Part shown: piece by piece, positions 36,268-49,140 of the stretch
Position numbering within the stretch: position 1 is the first letter of the stretch
Layout of the letters: each line of letters begins with the position of its first letter
NCBI RefSeq assembly: GCF_001194135.2
Contig: NC_068981.1
Span: 143,758,743 to 143,811,195 of the forward strand
Length of the DNA stretch: 52,453 nucleotides
Direction: 5' to 3'
Origin: Octopus bimaculoides
Lineage: Eukaryota
Notes under the pieces: generated by a model
Told to the model about the DNA's origin: nothing
Seen by the model: the letters and a program-made list of their open reading frames with translations, nothing else
Databases searched by the model: none
Position numbers and translations under genes: made by a program

Positions 36268-36760
36268 AAAGCATGGCTGTGTGTTTAAGAAGTTCGCTTT
36301 ACAAGCATGTAGGTTCGAGTTCTGTCCCACCGCGTGGCACCTCGGACAAGTGTCTTTCACCACAACACCGAGTCGACCAATGCCTTGTAAGTGAATTTAG
36401 AATACGAAAACTGAGTGGAAGCCCGCCGTATATATATATATGTGCGTGCCATTGTATCTGTGTTTGTCGTCCTGACACCACCGCTTGAGAACCGGTGTTG
36501 GTTTGTTTACATCCTCTTAACATTTGCGGTTTAGCAAAAGTTACCGATGGAATAAGTACCGGGCGAAATGCTTAACGGTATTTCGTCTGCTGTTACGCTT
36601 TGAGTTCAAATTCCGCCGAGGTTGACTTTGCCTTTCACCCTTTCGGGGTCGATAAATTAAGTACCAGTTACGCACTGGGGTCGATGTAATCGACTTAATC
36701 TGTTTGTCTGTCTTTGTTTGTCCCCTCTGTGTTTAGCCCCTTGTGGGCAATAAAGAAATA
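36268..36760 (+). mobile_element. SINE family B (36268-36560) joined to a 5'-truncated family A copy (36561-36760)
   Basis: The family B body runs to GGAATAAGTACC, then GGGCGAAATGCTTAACGG begins the family A body through GCAATAAAGAAATA. Confidence 0.85.
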
Positions 36761-37304
36761 AGAATAGAATAAGAATGAAAGAAGAAGAAACACTCATAAG
36801 TACTTTGGTCGATTTGTTCCACTAAAACTCTCGAAAGAGACATCTCAACATGACCGCAATCCAATGGCCGAAACAAGTAAACAATAAAAGATAAAAGGTA
36901 AAAGGAATTCTTTTGATGATATTCATTTTCAAACCACTGAGTTCCAAGTTAAAATCGCACTGGGATCAAATTTGCTACCCAACCCTCTATGGTCTCAGAA
37001 ATCGGTATTATTAGATTCGTTAGATACTAGTGTCTATCACTACCGTTAGAAAAGTACGGCCTGGCATTTAGTCAAAACTATAAATCAGATATTTAGATAA
37101 TTTGAAAAGACATCAAACCACGGTACATTTAATAGTATCAGACAAGAGAGCATTAATCAATGTTGCGATAGAATAGAAAATTTGGCTGATGGTTCAAATT
37201 TCTTATGTGTGGCAGAAATATTTATTGGTTTTGATATTAGAATAACGATTTCAACTTTTCCAAAACTGGTTACAAAATTGGTTATAACAAAATCTACAAC
37301 AACA

Positions 37305-37336
37305 ATGCTAACAACAACAACAACAACAACAACAAC

Positions 37337-37390
<54 letters not shown>

Positions 37391-37397
37391 GGTAATG

Positions 37398-37471
<74 letters not shown>

Positions 37472-37478
37472 GGTAATG

Positions 37479-37516
<38 letters not shown>

Positions 37517-37523
37517 GGTAATG

Positions 37524-37564
<41 letters not shown>

Positions 37565-37622
37565 GAAGACGACGACGACGATGATGATGATGATGATAAT
37601 AACGATAATGATGATGATGATG

Positions 37623-37690
<68 letters not shown>
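37305..37690. repeat. Compound trinucleotide array (AAC)-(AAT)-(GAC)-(GAT)-(AAT) with a recurring AACGGTAATGAT interruption
   Basis: Directly visible. The interruption occurs three times (about 37388, 37469, 37514). Confidence 0.95.
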
Positions 37691-38785
37691 CACGTATTTG
37701 CCACATGAAGTCAAGATTCCTAGAATGGTACCGAAGAAACGTTATTGTTTTCAAATAAATCAAAAAGCCAATATTTCCTTTCACTCAAGAAGATAAATAG
37801 GAATAATATTTGTTTTGTTATAACAAACATATCGTTATGGAACCGACAACTTTTAGTAACAATACTTTACAGTAGTTACCGTCACAGACGGCATCTAATA
37901 AAGACAAACCATAGGAACTGACAGAATAATCTTTGCAAACAATGTGCATAGCCCTGACAAAAAGGTTTCTTCTACTGCTTCAGACGTGTTCAAAACTCTG
38001 AAATAATTGTTTACAAATCTGGAATAGTTGTCTATCATTGCTATTTAGAAGACTTTCGATTACATTGAAGTTAAAATGATATTCATATCAAGTTAATGTG
38101 CATTCAATAATATTCGTCTCAAATTAATATCCACTCAATATCACATTTCCAGTCATAAGAAATGAACATGAAAGAGATTGCCCCCCCCACCCCCATGATA
38201 GAAGCGTTTACATTAAGACAGGCATACATGTATGCTGTGAATGCACATGTGTGTGTGCGTACGTATATATGTGCACATGCACACGCACGCACACACACAT
38301 ACAGGGATATATATGTATGTGTGTGTTTGTGTGTAGCGAGAGATAGAGAGAGATGGGGATATAGAAAGATTGATGATGTTGTGCAGTTATAAAGTTTGAA
38401 TTCCAATCACGTGTTGCTGGGTTCGATCCCACTATGCTGGACTCGATATTTTCTACTGCAGCATCAAAAGCTTTGTGAACTGAATTTGAAAATATCTGGA
38501 AGCCAGTAATCTATCTATTTATTTATCTATCTATCTATCTCTATATATATGTGTGTGTGCTTGTGTGTGTGTGTGTGTGTGTGTGCGTGTGTGTGTGTGC
38601 GTGTGAGTGAGGTTTTGTACGTTAAAACTATTTTCAGAAGTATGTAGATTAAATGTAATTTTATGGTTACTAAATGATTATCTCCCCACATCTATATGCT
38701 TTACTAATTAAAGCTAACTACACGAAATCTTGGATATGATATAAGAAACGTGTTTACTAACACACGTACAAACATATATATACAC

Positions 38786-38816
<31 letters not shown>

Positions 38817-38972
38817 NNNNNNNNNNNNNNNNNNNNNNNNNNNNNNNNNNNNNNNNNNNNNNNNNNNNNNNNNNNNNNNNNNNNNNNNNNNNNNNNNNNN
38901 NNNNNNNNNNNNNNNNNNNNNNNNNNNNNNNNNNNNNNNNNNNNNNNNNTATATATATATATACGTACGTTG

Positions 38973-39206
38973 AAGGCAGCGAGCTGGCAGAAACGTTAGC
39001 ACGCCGGGCGAAATGCTTAGCGGCATTTCGTCTGCCGCTACGTTCTGAGTTCAAATTCCGCCGAGGTAGACTTTGCCTTTCATCCTTTCGGGGTCGATTA
39101 AATAAGTACCAGTTACGCACTGGGGTCGGTATAATCGACTTAATCCGTTTGTCTGTCCTTGTTTGTTCCCCTCTGTGTATAGCCCCTTGTGGGTAGTAAA
39201 GAAATA
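38973..39206 (+). mobile_element. SINE family A, full length, young
   Basis: Near-consensus head to tail, ending GTAGTAAAGAAATA. Confidence 0.95.
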
Positions 39207-40899
39207 ACACACACACACACATATATATATATATAAATGTATAGTATGCATACATGCATATATAAATACACACAAGTGTTTATGCATGTAAGCGCAATAG
39301 GATGTAATGCTCAGAAGTTCGCTTCGGAAACACGAGATTCTGGGCTCGGTTCTGTTTCATAGTATCTTGAGCAATCGTCATTTCTTATAAACTCACATCA
39401 ACCAATAACCTTGAGAATGTACACGGATAGACGGAAAGTGCATAGACGGAAGCCTTATCGAGCATATTGTATCAGTATTTGAAAAAGGTACATATTTGTC
39501 ATACAGTGTCACACTGATTCTGCCTGATGTTAAGACACACATTTTTGGAATGCTCAATCACTTATGCGAAAATTTCTGAACCACATAATGCAGGTGGTCG
39601 AACAACTCAATGCTCACCATCGAACGACGGAAATGTGCCACATACATATCTACATATATATTTTGCCGTCAACAATACATACAAGCGAATAGGAGGGCTA
39701 TTGTTTTTTCCACACAGTGTACTCTATAACGCTGTTGACTAACCAAGCTTAATTCAGTCACTGTTTCTTTTACATTCTGCCACAAATAAGAGGAACGATT
39801 TAATTCTTCGGCTTAGGCTCTTTCAGATCAGATTGCAAAGAATTATATCCTTTACGTGAGAGTTCACTTATAGGATTATAATTTACTAACACCAACATTA
39901 ATATCAATACCAGCGGTACTACCATATTTGTGTGCTAAGATGCTGGTAATATTCTTCTCAATTCTCTTGGACTTTGCATTTAAATGAAGATCTACACAAG
40001 TATTATGGAAAATCCTGTAAGGATCTTTTATCGGCTTTACAATTAAGGCAAAGATCACCTAAACTTTAATCACTTGACCGAGAAACAATTTGGAAAACAG
40101 GAAACTTTCCCTGTTTGAAAAGTGGTTATCAAAGATTGTATCCCATCTCCAGTGATTCTATTGAACTTTCTGAAGATATTTAAAGCCAATGAATAACTGC
40201 CATTGAAACTGGTAAAATTATAAAGAAATCGACGCTGAAATTGCTTCCATCACATAACAATTCATAACATATATCCATTCTTGTATAAAACTGATCCGAC
40301 GAAATTACTGTGGAATAATGCACAGCTTAAAAACATTTTAAAACCACACATTGAAAACATATTTTTCAATTTGTCAAAGTTGTGTCAGTTGAGATTATAG
40401 GGGAAAAGAATTACTGTCACAGTGAAACATATTAAGGATATCACAGAGACTACATAAAAACGTGATATCATATTTGAACTTTCAATAACTGCTTGTTTAC
40501 TATTGCAGACACTTTGGAAATGCATCGGGGAATATTTGCAGAATATAAGATAATGAAATAACTCGAAATAAACAAACTATCTACATATTAAAAACAAGTG
40601 AACAAAAATATAGAGAGATTCTATACTCCATGAATTTTAAGGGAATGTTTATAAATTCAAGTCGTGAATGTAAGACGCTAAGGAGTGGACTCCATAATCA
40701 AAAAATAAAATGTATCAGAGCGAGTCATAGTTTTGTTTCCAGACCAGTAGGACTCGGAGTGGTGGTGATATGTTTCTGCAAAGTGCCCCCTCCCCTCTTT
40801 TTATGGTCTGAAATGATCTTGCATGAAAGAATGATTTAAATCAGAATTCATCATGATTAGATAATTTCAAGAACGAATGTTATACCTAGATCAACAGTA

Positions 40900-41470
40900 A
40901 AACATGTAAATGACGCAGAAGATTTCAGTAAAGTTGTGGGAACTTGCGTAATAGTAAAGCACCAGTAGGAGACTTGATAGTTGAGGACTAGAATAAGATG
41001 TAAATGTTCTACAGAAGTCACTAGTCATATATATTTTTTTTTAAAACCACTGAAGACCAGAAAGTCAAATTATATTTGCTTTCCATAGCACGGACAGATC
41101 TAGTAGCTAAGAATGAAAACACTGACTTGGCAGAAAACTATATCCATGCTTTACCTAAACATTATATATAAACTTTACAAATCTGTCTCAACCAATTGCT
41201 TCAAGACAAATTGTGAATGTAACACTGTACAGACTGATGAGCTGACAGGTGGAAAGAAGGTGGTGTGAGGTATGTTGGGCAACATTTGATAAGGAAAAAA
41301 GCTGTGCTAACTAAAGTAAGAAAACACCAGAGAATACGTGTGACAATATAACTTGATTACGCAAATGTATTCGATTCAATTCCTTGCTCACGGTTGCTGT
41401 AGTCACTGCAGTTGGCAAAGGTAACTATTACATAAGCTGTCACTATTATATGTCTCAGAAAGATCTGATC
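40900..41470 (+). mobile_element. R4/Dong-like RT fragment, heavily decayed
   Basis: LRNSKAPVGDLIV, ARTDLVAKNENTDLAENY, LNIIYKLYK, DELTGGKK, KAVLTKVRKHQR, LDYANVFDSIP, SLQLAKV (cf. KAPGPD, KNYRPIACLN..YKL, EQ.GGK.G, WLDY.KAFDSVPH). Confidence 0.7.
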
Positions 41471-41553
41471 TGATCTACACCACTCGCAAGAGTAACTGAT
41501 AATTGAAAGTCGAACACCCACACACACGTATATAAACTTCTATATACATACAT

Positions 41554-41613
<60 letters not shown>

Positions 41614-42355
41614 GTGTGCGTGTGTGGTAGAATGTTTGTGTACAAATAGATGTATGTTTTATACTGTAATGTTTAGAGCTCCACGTTGAATATCTAGTGT
41701 AGATTGATTCCTGTACTTTTGTTAAGTAACTTCTATACTGAGAAATATTCATGAACTACGGAGCAAATGTAGGAGAAATAAGAATGAACACAAGTATATA
41801 TTTTCGTTCCTACGCAAATTACACCATTATGGTCGCTTGGAGCCCTATCAGAGATTTTCCAAGTACATGTAGATGCTCAACTACAACGGATCATCAGGGA
41901 ACACTTTATTATAGTAAGTTACAGATAAGTATGTCCAAACTTGGACAGATGACGGGAAATGCTATAGTTATTTTGGGAAAGAAATACAAAGAAAGCAACT
42001 GGATGAAAGGGAAGTACACAAGATACAAGAGAAAAGGGGAAGAGTGAGAGGTAGAAATAAAGAAAGCAACTTGAGAATAACGATAGAAGATGAAACGAAA
42101 GAACAAGGAGAAAGTAAAGAGGAAATTAAAAAAGGAAAATAAAGGAAGAGGGAGAGAAATAGACAGAAAGAAAGAAAGAAAGAATAATTCGCTCAACTAA
42201 AGCAGAGAAATTCAATTCTATGAGAAAAAAAAGAATAAAAATGTACTTATAACCAACACAGATTTTATGTATCTCTGTTTATACTTGTCTTTTTCACCCT
42301 CTCTCTTTTAATTTATCTACGTATTTATGTATGTATGTATCTATCTCTCTATCTA

Positions 42356-42392
<37 letters not shown>

Positions 42393-42460
42393 GTCTATCT
42401 ATCTATCTATCTATGTGTGTGTGTGTGTGCGCGTGTGTGTGTGAGTATATGTGTGTGTAT

Positions 42461-42895
42461 CCTTCTTCAAAGTCCAATCCTTGACCTCATCGTGGTTGGA
42501 AGGTTAAGCGAGTGAGTGTCAGAGCTATGCCTTCGGGGATTTCGAATCCTTTGTAGGGCCACCCAAAGCAGACGGGTTTGACACGAGCGGTGCTAGGACC
42601 GTAACCCACCTAAGTAGAGGGCAATGGGGAATTCCAGGCGGTATTTCTTCCAGAATCAGGCACCGTCTATTCCGGAATCTGGCGGCTTCCTGGTGGCGTT
42701 GAATCGCGCTTGCGGACATCCTGCGGGAGAAGGTGTAACACGAAGACGACCTGCCACCTGTCGTGTATGTCTGCTTACAGATACAGACGGGAACTGTTTT
42801 TGCGGACTCTGATCATCCCTTGAAACTCCTATGAAATCACACTAGGAGCCGGTTTACCCCTCCCGTTTAAATGCCGTTACAAGACAAGAAGGTAG
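42461..42895 (+). mobile_element. 5' UTR-like fragment of an RTE/BovB-like LINE
   Basis: GAGCTATGCC (42522-42531) and TGTAGGGCCACCCAAAGCAGACGGG (42552-42576) match the motif I recall from BovB/RTE 5' regions (GAGCCATGCC...TGTAGGGCCACCCAAGACGGACGGG). GC-rich island between two microsatellites. Confidence 0.55.
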
Positions 42896-42940
42896 GTGTG
42901 CTTGTGTGTGTGTGCTGTGTGTCTGTGTTAAATACGTTTG

Positions 42941-42984
<44 letters not shown>

Positions 42985-43479
42985 TGCATACATACATACA
43001 TACATACATACATACATACATACATACATGCATACAACTATTCTTCAACATTTTGTTGTCTTACATCGAGAAGTTCTACCGTAATTCATCCTCGAAAATA
43101 TTGAATTGCCTTCGGTAATTTTAATAATCTTTAATCCTAGCGCATTTCGTACTCACCTACACTCACGCACCAACTGTGCAGGCTTAGAATGGAAATTTAT
43201 TGCTACTCTCAACATTCTTCAAAATTAGTCACCTCACCTACACCTGTTTCTGACAGACGAAGAAACTTCATGCAATAGTGATGACTTTCTTACTGCCAAA
43301 CCCAATTTCAACCAAATAATCACCAGCAGCTCGCCACTACCTTACCACTACTACTCATCACACATCCTCATAATATGTGACACCCTACATAGTCCCCGCC
43401 TGTTGTTACGCCAAGCCATGTCTACTCTACCAACCCGGGAAGCAAATGTGCTTCTCCTTGAACTAACAGATACAAATCT

Positions 43480-43960
43480 CAACAAAACCACAAGAGGTTC
43501 GTTTGGAGTTTCGTATTAGCAGTACTAGTAAATACTTCGGTATAAAACGCTACTATTGACTTAACCTTTACCTATCATAGCAACTTTTTCTAAGTCATCA
43601 CCCGAAATATAAAAGATGATTTCGTTCATCTTATTGCCTGCAAAATTTCCTCAGTTTCTATGCTGTAGTGCATCATTCTAATCCATAGATTATCTCTACC
43701 ATGTTTGCGAAATCATATGCCGTCTACTATAGCTCTATAAGCAGTATTCCTCCTGAGAACCCCTCTAAATATGCTACTCCTCCACTGGGTAAAACTTCAG
43801 CGAAATTTTATCGTTCCATTCAACAAGTCGCCCAATCAGGAATATGTATACTTCATGCGAAAGAAATCTTGGATATATATATAAAAAAAAGTTCTTCCAG
43901 TCCGGATGGTACCATTCCTTTCTCTACATACAACGCACCACTGAACCAAACTCTTACATC
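43480..43960 (+). mobile_element. Probable decayed Penelope-like element fragment (RT thumb to GIY-YIG start)
   Basis: DLTFTYHSNF..RNIKDDFVHLIACKISS (cf. Y.S..P...K..I..L..RA..I.S), PPLGKTSAKFYRSI (cf. LP.LG..S..F...I), YIYK...FLYIQRTT (cf. IY...C....YIG.T). Multiple frameshifts; weak similarity. Confidence 0.35.
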
Positions 43961-44668
43961 TCACTCCATACCCTTCCTTTTTCTCTCATTCTCTTTTCCT
44001 CTCCCCTACTCCAGGGATCTGTCGTGATATTTAGAAACATTTTAGTGTATGTTCTATAAAGATAGAATAAGAAAGAATTCAACTTTGACTAAACAACTGT
44101 AGTTGTCGATAGCTATCGACCGATCTATTTCACTTCCAAACTCTCAAAGTTGATGAAGACAGTTAACAGCCACCATTTCCCATCCTGCTGTCTTTCGTTG
44201 ACCAATCTGAATTTAATAGGGCCTCCAGAGTGATCAACATTGTGGTCTTTAAATCTTATACATGGTGTACGTGGGTGATACACCATCCTGTAGAGTTGCT
44301 CCCATTAACTCTGGTTATGCCGCGCCTTTGCAAAACAGTGTATAGTTTATGCACTATCTGCATAAGAGTAGCCGATTTGATTTCCTTTTGGGTGTGACAC
44401 ACACGAATACGTGACAATGAGAAACGGCAACAACCGCGAAATACGCATCTGTCGCTCTCGTGGTCGCTACTGAGCTCTGAAGGCATTCTGGGGGTTTTGG
44501 GTGGTTTTTTGTCTTGTTTTTTAAGACTACGTCTATAAAAGAGTTTTTCCCCGATGTAAACCACAACCACTGACTTTTGAACAAAACACATACGATAAGT
44601 ATGTTATATTGATAAAGCTTTTGACTGCAGAGCTGCTTGCTTCAATTGAGTAATTTGTGTGTGGGGTG

Positions 44669-44714
<46 letters not shown>

Positions 44715-46620
44715 NNNNNNNNNNNNNNNNNNNNNNNNNNNNNNNNNNNNNNNNNNNNNNNNNNNNNNNNNNNNNNNNNNNNNNNNNNNNNNNNNNNNNN
44801 NNNNNNNNNNNNNNNNNNNNNNNNNNNNNNNNNNNNNNNNNNNNNNNNNNNNNNNNNNNNNTATTAAGTAAAAAGAAAATACAATTTAAAGGCAAATCAT
44901 TCTTATAGTTAGTTTGAAATGAAGAGCTATAATTAAACTAATTAATGAAATTTAATATGCCCGTTTTACTAATGAAATTAAATATCCACGTATTACAGAG
45001 GAAGAAGCTTATTGCGTAAATATTCTTCTGCATATCCAATTTTATATATTCCCAGATAATTAAAAGTTTACATTCAGAGTATACTAACATGATATAGTTT
45101 TAAAATTTATCTTAAGGTATCGAAAAACGTTTTCTTTAAAATGGCTCATGAAAAGTATGTCATGTCTTTTGCATTTGAAACAGTACATGTTCTGTTTTGG
45201 TTCCCCCTTTTTTCCTATACAAGCCTTATGACAACTCCTATCGCTGTTTCTTCGAAATGAAAACATTTCGCATTTTATTGCGTTGTATTCATGCCAGTAA
45301 ACCAAATGAAACAATACAACCTCTATACTAAAACGACAGTATGCTTATCGAATATTTTATGACATGTCTGAATCTTAATTATGCTGAGGTAAAAACATTG
45401 TCAGAGAAAAGATATTTTGAGATGGCATTTAATTAATAATTAAGGATTCTGTTATTTCCAAGCATTGGGGGAATTGAATTGTTAGAGCAACCTGTCAAAA
45501 CTCGCTTAAATTGATGAAGTATATGCATTTTTTATTCCTAATTTGCAGCCAACTTATTACCACACATATTTGTATAGGTGTACGTACATATCATCAAATA
45601 TGTGAGCATGTGTATGTCTGTGTGTATGTATGGAGGTTTTCCTGTGTACCAACGATGTCTGCGACACCGTTTCCATTCCCGTTGCACTAGTTTCCTTCAG
45701 CTCACGCATGTTCCATAGTGAACTGAATTTAATACTCTAGATAGCAATGGACTGACCCAAGTTAACTTCCTCACTAAATGGATAGATGTGAATTCTTTTC
45801 TTATCTTATTTTTTGATATATATATAATATAACAGCCTAGCAATGTTCATGCCACAATATCAGGTCATATTCGTGTGTCTGTTTATTTTTACATATTTGA
45901 CTATTCCGATCTATACAGACCTCTTAATGAAGAAACGTAGATACACCGCTGGTATTTGGATAATGACAAACGTAAAGGTTTATGTACTGAACTACTGCAA
46001 TCTTGAATTTTTCACTGCTCGCATACAAATTGTTTGCTAGTAACTTTCTTTGCTTGAAAACCTTAGCTTTTTCTCCTTTGATATTTACCAGCATGGCAAA
46101 GAGCAATAATAATTCTACGTGTATGACTTCATAATCTAAAGAGAAGAGCTCTAGGTTTTGAAGCAGTAGTCGGTAGATATTCATTTCTTACTGATTTCGA
46201 AAAGTTGTTCACATTTAGAAGGTAACTGCAGGCAAGTTTTATTTTCTTAACTATGCAGTTATATCAGATTTGTTATCTTTGCACTTAGAAGATATTTCGA
46301 CGGAAGTATTACACCAATAAACTTTGTTGATAACATATGCATGTATTAAACAAGAGAATATCTTCTAGTCACACAGAAAATTATGTGGGATCGAGCGTGC
46401 CTAGATATACGACTAGCAAAATAACGTCAGCCGGTGCCTACACAATAGAAAACATTATTGATAACATGCAAACTAGCATACATTTAAAAAACACATCTAT
46501 ACACGAGTGTTGTTGGATGGGATAAGGAAGAAGAGACATTTCATTTAAGGGAAATGTAGAAAAGTTTCGGAGGCAAATATAATACGTTGTTCTTTGTATC
46601 TCCTGGACTGCAAACAAAGG

Positions 46621-46784
46621 TGTTATGTCTCAAGCTACTGCTATCTAGCACCTGTGGATGATCTCTACTCAACCGCTACACAACTGCTACTCGACTGCTA
46701 TTCAACACACTACCACGGTCAGACTACCTCTGTTTATATGTCTTGGGAGATCCTACTCATTCGCCTGGGGCCGTCGACACAACA
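46621..46784. mobile_element. 164-bp solo-LTR-like element (TG...CA)
   Basis: Ends TGTTATGTC...GACACAACA (8/9 inverted). Flanks AAAGG/AAAGC. Confidence 0.7.
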
Positions 46785-47272
46785 AAAGCTATTTGATAGA
46801 ATAACCAGATGTACTAGAAAGGTTGAGTCGTAAGAGAACTAACCATGTGATCCTTCTTTCCAACTTTGACACCTGCTCCCTGACACCAAATGTAGTTTTC
46901 TCCATCTACTACTTACTCTGCAGTCTTCTATCCAGAAAGGATGCAACTACATCTCCCACTGTCCGAAATGGTTTTTGCTACTAAACACTGGAAACTACTT
47001 CTCAGATTAGCATGCAACTAAGATAATTATATATGTATGTGTGTGTGCGCGTGTGCATGTGTGCCTGTGCGTGAGAATGTGTGCATGCTTGTACATACAT
47101 AAATTTACAACTTAGGCAACATATATCTACCTATCTATCTAGCGATATATGTGTGTGTGTGTGTGAGTGATTGTGTGTATGTGTGAGTGTGTGTGTGTGC
47201 ATGTATGTGGTATGTATTTATGTATGTGTATATGTATGTAAACATTTCTAGTTATAATCTTATCAAGGATAG

Positions 47273-47437
47273 TGTTATGTCTCAAGCTACTGCTATCTAG
47301 CAGCTTCGGATGATCTCTAGTCAACCGCTACACAACTGCTACTCGACTGTTACTCAACACTCCTCCCACGGCCAGACTACCTTTATTTATATGCCTTGGG
47401 AGATCCTACTCCTTCGCCTGGGGGCGTCGACACAACA
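47273..47437. mobile_element. 165-bp solo-LTR-like element (TG...CA) with perfect 5-bp TSD
   Basis: Homologous to 46621-46784. GATAG at 47268-47272 and 47438-47442. Confidence 0.8.
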
Positions 47438-47852
47438 GATAGCACATTTAAGATATTTTAAAAAGTTCAATATGCTTATTTGAAACTGTACCAATATTCT
47501 GACGTATCTAAACGAGCACAAAAATATTCCAATACATGAGACAAAGAAATGAAATATTGCGTGAATTTAGAGGTAAATGAGAAATGAATATACTAGAAAT
47601 GTGAAACCGAAACATGGGTGAATGTCTTTGGTTGGAGCACGAATATAAAATATTTAGAGCGAGTCAACGTCGTGGATCACATTCTTATCCTAACTATATA
47701 GAATATAACATTATGTGATATAGTTTGTGACTCCTACCAAATAAAGTGAGTGAAACGTTCTTTCGTTTGTCCACCGCCCCCACACACACACAACAACAAA
47801 TAAATATGCAGGTATGAATGTGCTTATATATGTGTATACACATACATAGACG

Positions 47853-47900
<48 letters not shown>

Positions 47901-47985
47901 AAACGAGAAAGGGAGAGAGAGAATGAGAAGGAAGAAAACAGCGCGCGCATGTGTGTGTGTGTGTTTGTGTGTATGTGTGTGTGTG

Positions 47986-48057
<72 letters not shown>

Positions 48058-48494
48058 TGTGCTCAAATGCTATAAATGATGTAGTTTGCATAAAAGTGTT
48101 CCACGCCGCTGACTTGCTCTAAACAGTTTGTATTCATGCTTCGACCATAGAGATTCTCTTGTTATTTGATTTCACAGAAGCAACTTATATACCTTTGAAA
48201 TCACACATGAAATTATTTCTCTGCCTCATGCATTGGTGCTTTTATTTCTCTTTAAGAAATATGCATATTGGTCATGATAACGGTGAGTTCAGTACAAGTA
48301 CAAGGAAGTGTAATGAATTATTTAGATATCTTAGCTGGGTTATTGTAAATAGAATTTTAGCAATAGCATTTCGTCTTTGGAGATGAAATGTTATTTTAAT
48401 ATCTATATACACCTTCACTTTCGATAAGTTTAATCTCCGACCGCCATCAAGTGCATTGCTATGGTTTGTATAAACAAATCATAGATTTTCGGAC

Positions 48495-48870
48495 AAGTTG
48501 ATTACATCGGCCCCAGTGTTTAACTAGTATATATTTTATCAACCCCGAAAGAATGAAAGGAAAAGTCGACCACAGTGAGATTTGAACTCAGAAAGTAAAG
48601 ACGGAGGAATTGCGGCTAAGTATCTTGTCCGGGGTGCCAACGATTCTTATTTCTTTATTGCCCACAATGGGATAAACACAGAGGGGACAAACAAGGACAG
48701 ACAAAGAGATTAAGTCGATTACATCGACTCCAGTGCGTAACTGGTACTTGATTCGGGGTCGATTAAATAAGTACCAGTTACGCACTGGAGTCGATATAAT
48801 CGACTTAATCCGTTTGTCTGTCTTTGTTTGTCCCCTCTGTGTGTAGCCCCTTGTGGGTAGTAAAGAAATA
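48495..48870. mobile_element. Three SINE family A pieces: an older minus copy (48495-48647) plus a closely spaced inverted pair of 3' halves (48648-48749 minus, 48755-48870 plus)
   Basis: Directly alignable to the family A body. Confidence 0.9.
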
Positions 48871-49104
48871 ACACTTTGAAATGAGCTTGTCAGTCATTTG
48901 GCTGCGACCATGCTGGAGCACAACCTTGAAAGGTTTAGTCTGATTTGTTGAAATTGTTTCTTTTCGCCTATATTATGTGTGTGTGTGTGTGTGTATGTGT
49001 GTCTGTGTGTGTATGTGTGTATGTGTGTCTTTGTGTGTAGTTCAAATTTACAGCAAAAGAAGAAGCAGGTGTATTAGTCTAACGCTGGGGAAGAATGGAA
49101 AAGT

Positions 49105-49140
49105 ATTTTACGTTTCGAGCCTAGGCTCTTCGACAGAAAG
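49105..49140 (-). ncRNA. Hammerhead-like motif with variant core (CUGUCGA), third family
   Basis: Minus strand reads CTTT CTGTCGA A GAGC CTAG GCTC GAAA CGT A AAAT. A6 is replaced by U; stem I is only 3 bp here. Confidence 0.4.

Noticed and set aside
46621-47437. Interpretation as one complete LTR/TRIM element with two LTRs
   Set aside because: Each repeat has its own TSD, and no PBS or PPT is evident in the intervening sequence.
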